Shown: positions 62,404 through 64,000 of the stretch, one piece after another
Layout: every line of letters begins with the position of its first letter
Numbering within the stretch: the first letter of the stretch is position 1
Program-made: the position numbers and the translations under genes
DNA from: Setoptus koraiensis
Lineage: Eukaryota; Animalia; Arthropoda
Length of the DNA: 64,000 nucleotides
Reading direction: 5' to 3'
NCBI GenBank assembly: GCA_048013815.1
Contig: CM106586.1
Span: 9,362,001 to 9,426,000 of the forward strand
Notes under the pieces: generated by a model
Database searches by the model: none
What the model saw: only the letters and a program-made list of their open reading frames with translations
What the model was told of the DNA's origin: nothing

Positions 62404-64000
62404 ATGGCAATCCCCGGGTTGCGAATGTCGATTGAGCGCCACTTGCTGGTGGCTTTGATTGCTTTCTATTACAATTGTGATTTAATTTTGGTGCACGCGG
62501 GACCCGCGGCCCTAGTCCAGCTGATCAATCCCATGAGCATGGGGCTGTTTCTGGCGGACGGCGCCATGAATTTCATTGACTTTGCCAAGGAGTGGAAATT
62601 GTGTCCCAGCAAGCCCGCCGAGCTGCACGAGTGGGACACGCCGGACCGGGCCGCCCACGATTGGCCCGGCATGATCTTTTTCACGCCCGACACTCAGGAA
62701 GATCTAGAGATTTATTACGACAAGAACAGCGGCGGTTTTTTGGACCAGGACATCGGGAAATTCCTGGAGCGGGGCTTCAACAAAGACCTGCCCACAGTGA
62801 TGTATTTGCATGCCTTTACGCAACATCCGCACAGTCGCTGGCTAGAAACGGTTCGCCAGGACTACATTGATCTGCTCAAATGGAGCAACAACCAGCCAAG
62901 GATCAACCTGTTGTTCATGGATTTTAGCCACTTTGCCAAGCTCGGGTACGCGGGTTGCGCCCGTTGGGTACCGGCGCTGGGCAAAATACTGGCCCAGTTC
63001 ATTGATAAACTTGTACAGGTGAGCCAGATAGACCCGATGCAGTTGCATCTGGTGTCCTTTTCGCTGGGCAATCACATATGCGGCCTGGCCGGGCGCCTGT
63101 CTAACAGCACTATTGGGCGCATTACGGCCCTCGATCCGGCCGGCTGGTGTTTCAGCGAACGCTACAATCACGCCTACACCAAGTACGGGCTTAGGGCAAC
63201 GGACGCGTACCAGGTGGACGTGAATCATTTCGACAAGGACTTCTTGGGTAGTCGCGTACCCGTGGGCACAATAGACATATACATGAACGGGGGCGCCGCT
63301 CAGCCGGGTTGCGCAAGCGGCCGCAAGGCACTGGTGAACGCGGCGCTGGCCGTGAGCGGTCTGCGGCCGGGCAAATCGTATTGTGAGGGGCATTCGCGAG
63401 CGGCCGTTCATTCGGTGTACGCGGTGCAAGCAGAATGCCAGCAGATCGCCTACGAATGCTCGTCGTACGAGGCCTTCGAACAGGGCGAATGTGGCCAATG
63501 TGACGCAACAAACGAACAATGTTTCTCCACGAGCATATACGGAATCCAAGAGACCTGGTCCCATCGGCGTCAGGCGCCCCGTTCTTTCGCGAGCCACAAG
63601 AACATGTTTATCAAGACGGCGGCTCAGCCACCGTTTTGTGTGCAGCACTATCAGATTGTGTTGAAATTGAGGGGCCACAATGAGCCGGACGAGACAAAGA
63701 AACAGAGCCTGGTCAACAAGTTGTCGGCCGCCTTCAAGGCCAGTCAGCCGGTGCTGAAATTGTACGACACCGAATTCGAAGAATGGTTCGTCTCGGCGCC
63801 GGGCCAAATAGAGCACGAGGCCAAAGAATTGACATTCACGGCGCTTGCCATCGACTACAACAAAATGAGTGTTCGCGACACCCACAGCGCCATTCTCACT
63901 GTCAACAAGACACCCTATCAGGTGACACTGAAGAAACTGCTGGACAGCGTTGAATCCGTCGAGCTCAACTACATGAGCAATGCCGATTATGAGAAACGTC
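62404..64000 (+). CDS. Secreted pancreatic-lipase-family (alpha/beta hydrolase) lipase, open at the window end
   Basis: Uninterrupted frame from ATG 62404 to the end of the window (over 530 codons). Hydrophobic N-terminus, TVMYLHAF, LHLVSFSLGNHICGLAG (Ser codon 63061), IGRITALDPAG (Asp), VGTIDIYMNGGAAQPGC, CEGHSRA (His), Cys-rich AYECSSYEAFEQGECGQC, and PFCVQHYQI leading to a PLAT-like tail. Absent from the ORF track because it has no stop in the window. Confidence 0.93.
   Translation, partial: MAIPGLRMSIERHLLVALIAFYYNCDLILVHAGPAALVQLINPMSMGLFLADGAMNFIDFAKEWKLCPSKPAELHEWDTPDRAAHDWPGMIFFTPDTQEDLEIYYDKNSGGFLDQDIGKFLERGFNKDLPTVMYLHAFTQHPHSRWLETVRQDYIDLLKWSNNQPRINLLFMDFSHFAKLGYAGCARWVPALGKILAQFIDKLVQVSQIDPMQLHLVSFSLGNHICGLAGRLSNSTIGRITALDPAGWCFSERYNHAYTKYGLRATDAYQVDVNHFDKDFLGSRVPVGTIDIYMNGGAAQPGCASGRKALVNAALAVSGLRPGKSYCEGHSRAAVHSVYAVQAECQQIAYECSSYEAFEQGECGQCDATNEQCFSTSIYGIQETWSHRRQAPRSFASHKNMFIKTAAQPPFCVQHYQIVLKLRGHNEPDETKKQSLVNKLSAAFKASQPVLKLYDTEFEEWFVSAPGQIEHEAKELTFTALAIDYNKMSVRDTHSAILTVNKTPYQVTLKKLLDSVESVELNYMSNADYEKR

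Noticed and set aside
62842-63885. 347-aa minus-strand ORF
   Set aside because: Antisense shadow of the GC3-rich plus-strand lipase, which carries all the conserved motifs.

Overview
This is eukaryotic, animal-type genomic DNA. By inference it comes from a very compact arthropod genome such as an eriophyoid mite, because large conserved genes are intronless and the few introns are short GT-AG. It falls into four compartments. (1) 1-31 kb: GC-rich, essentially non-coding DNA made of microsatellites, 8-22 bp tandem duplications and perfect palindromes. It holds one orphan signal-peptide-like exon (29.7-30.1 kb) and a structured RNA candidate (31.5-31.8 kb). (2) 32-42 kb: an AT-richer housekeeping island with intronless U2AF large subunit (-), tRNA-Cys (-), CHD1 (-) and POP1 (+). 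(3) 42-54 kb: patterned non-coding DNA around a spliced secreted-protein gene with two alternative last exons, followed by two perfect 22-24 bp hairpins. (4) 54-64 kb: an accessory block with a 3-exon patatin/PNPLA lipase, two tandem paralogous secreted proteins, a decayed DD37E transposase, a TIR-bearing composite element, a PNPLA pseudogene fragment, and a pancreatic-lipase-family gene that runs off the window and is missing from the ORF track. The strongest unusual signals are: CHD1 apparently lacking most of its SANT-SLIDE DNA-binding domain; U2AF65 with no RS domain; the alternative terminal exons that both end Gly-Tyr-stop; and the tandem orphan secreted proteins between two lipases. Everything was read by eye. 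No database search or folding calculation was run.
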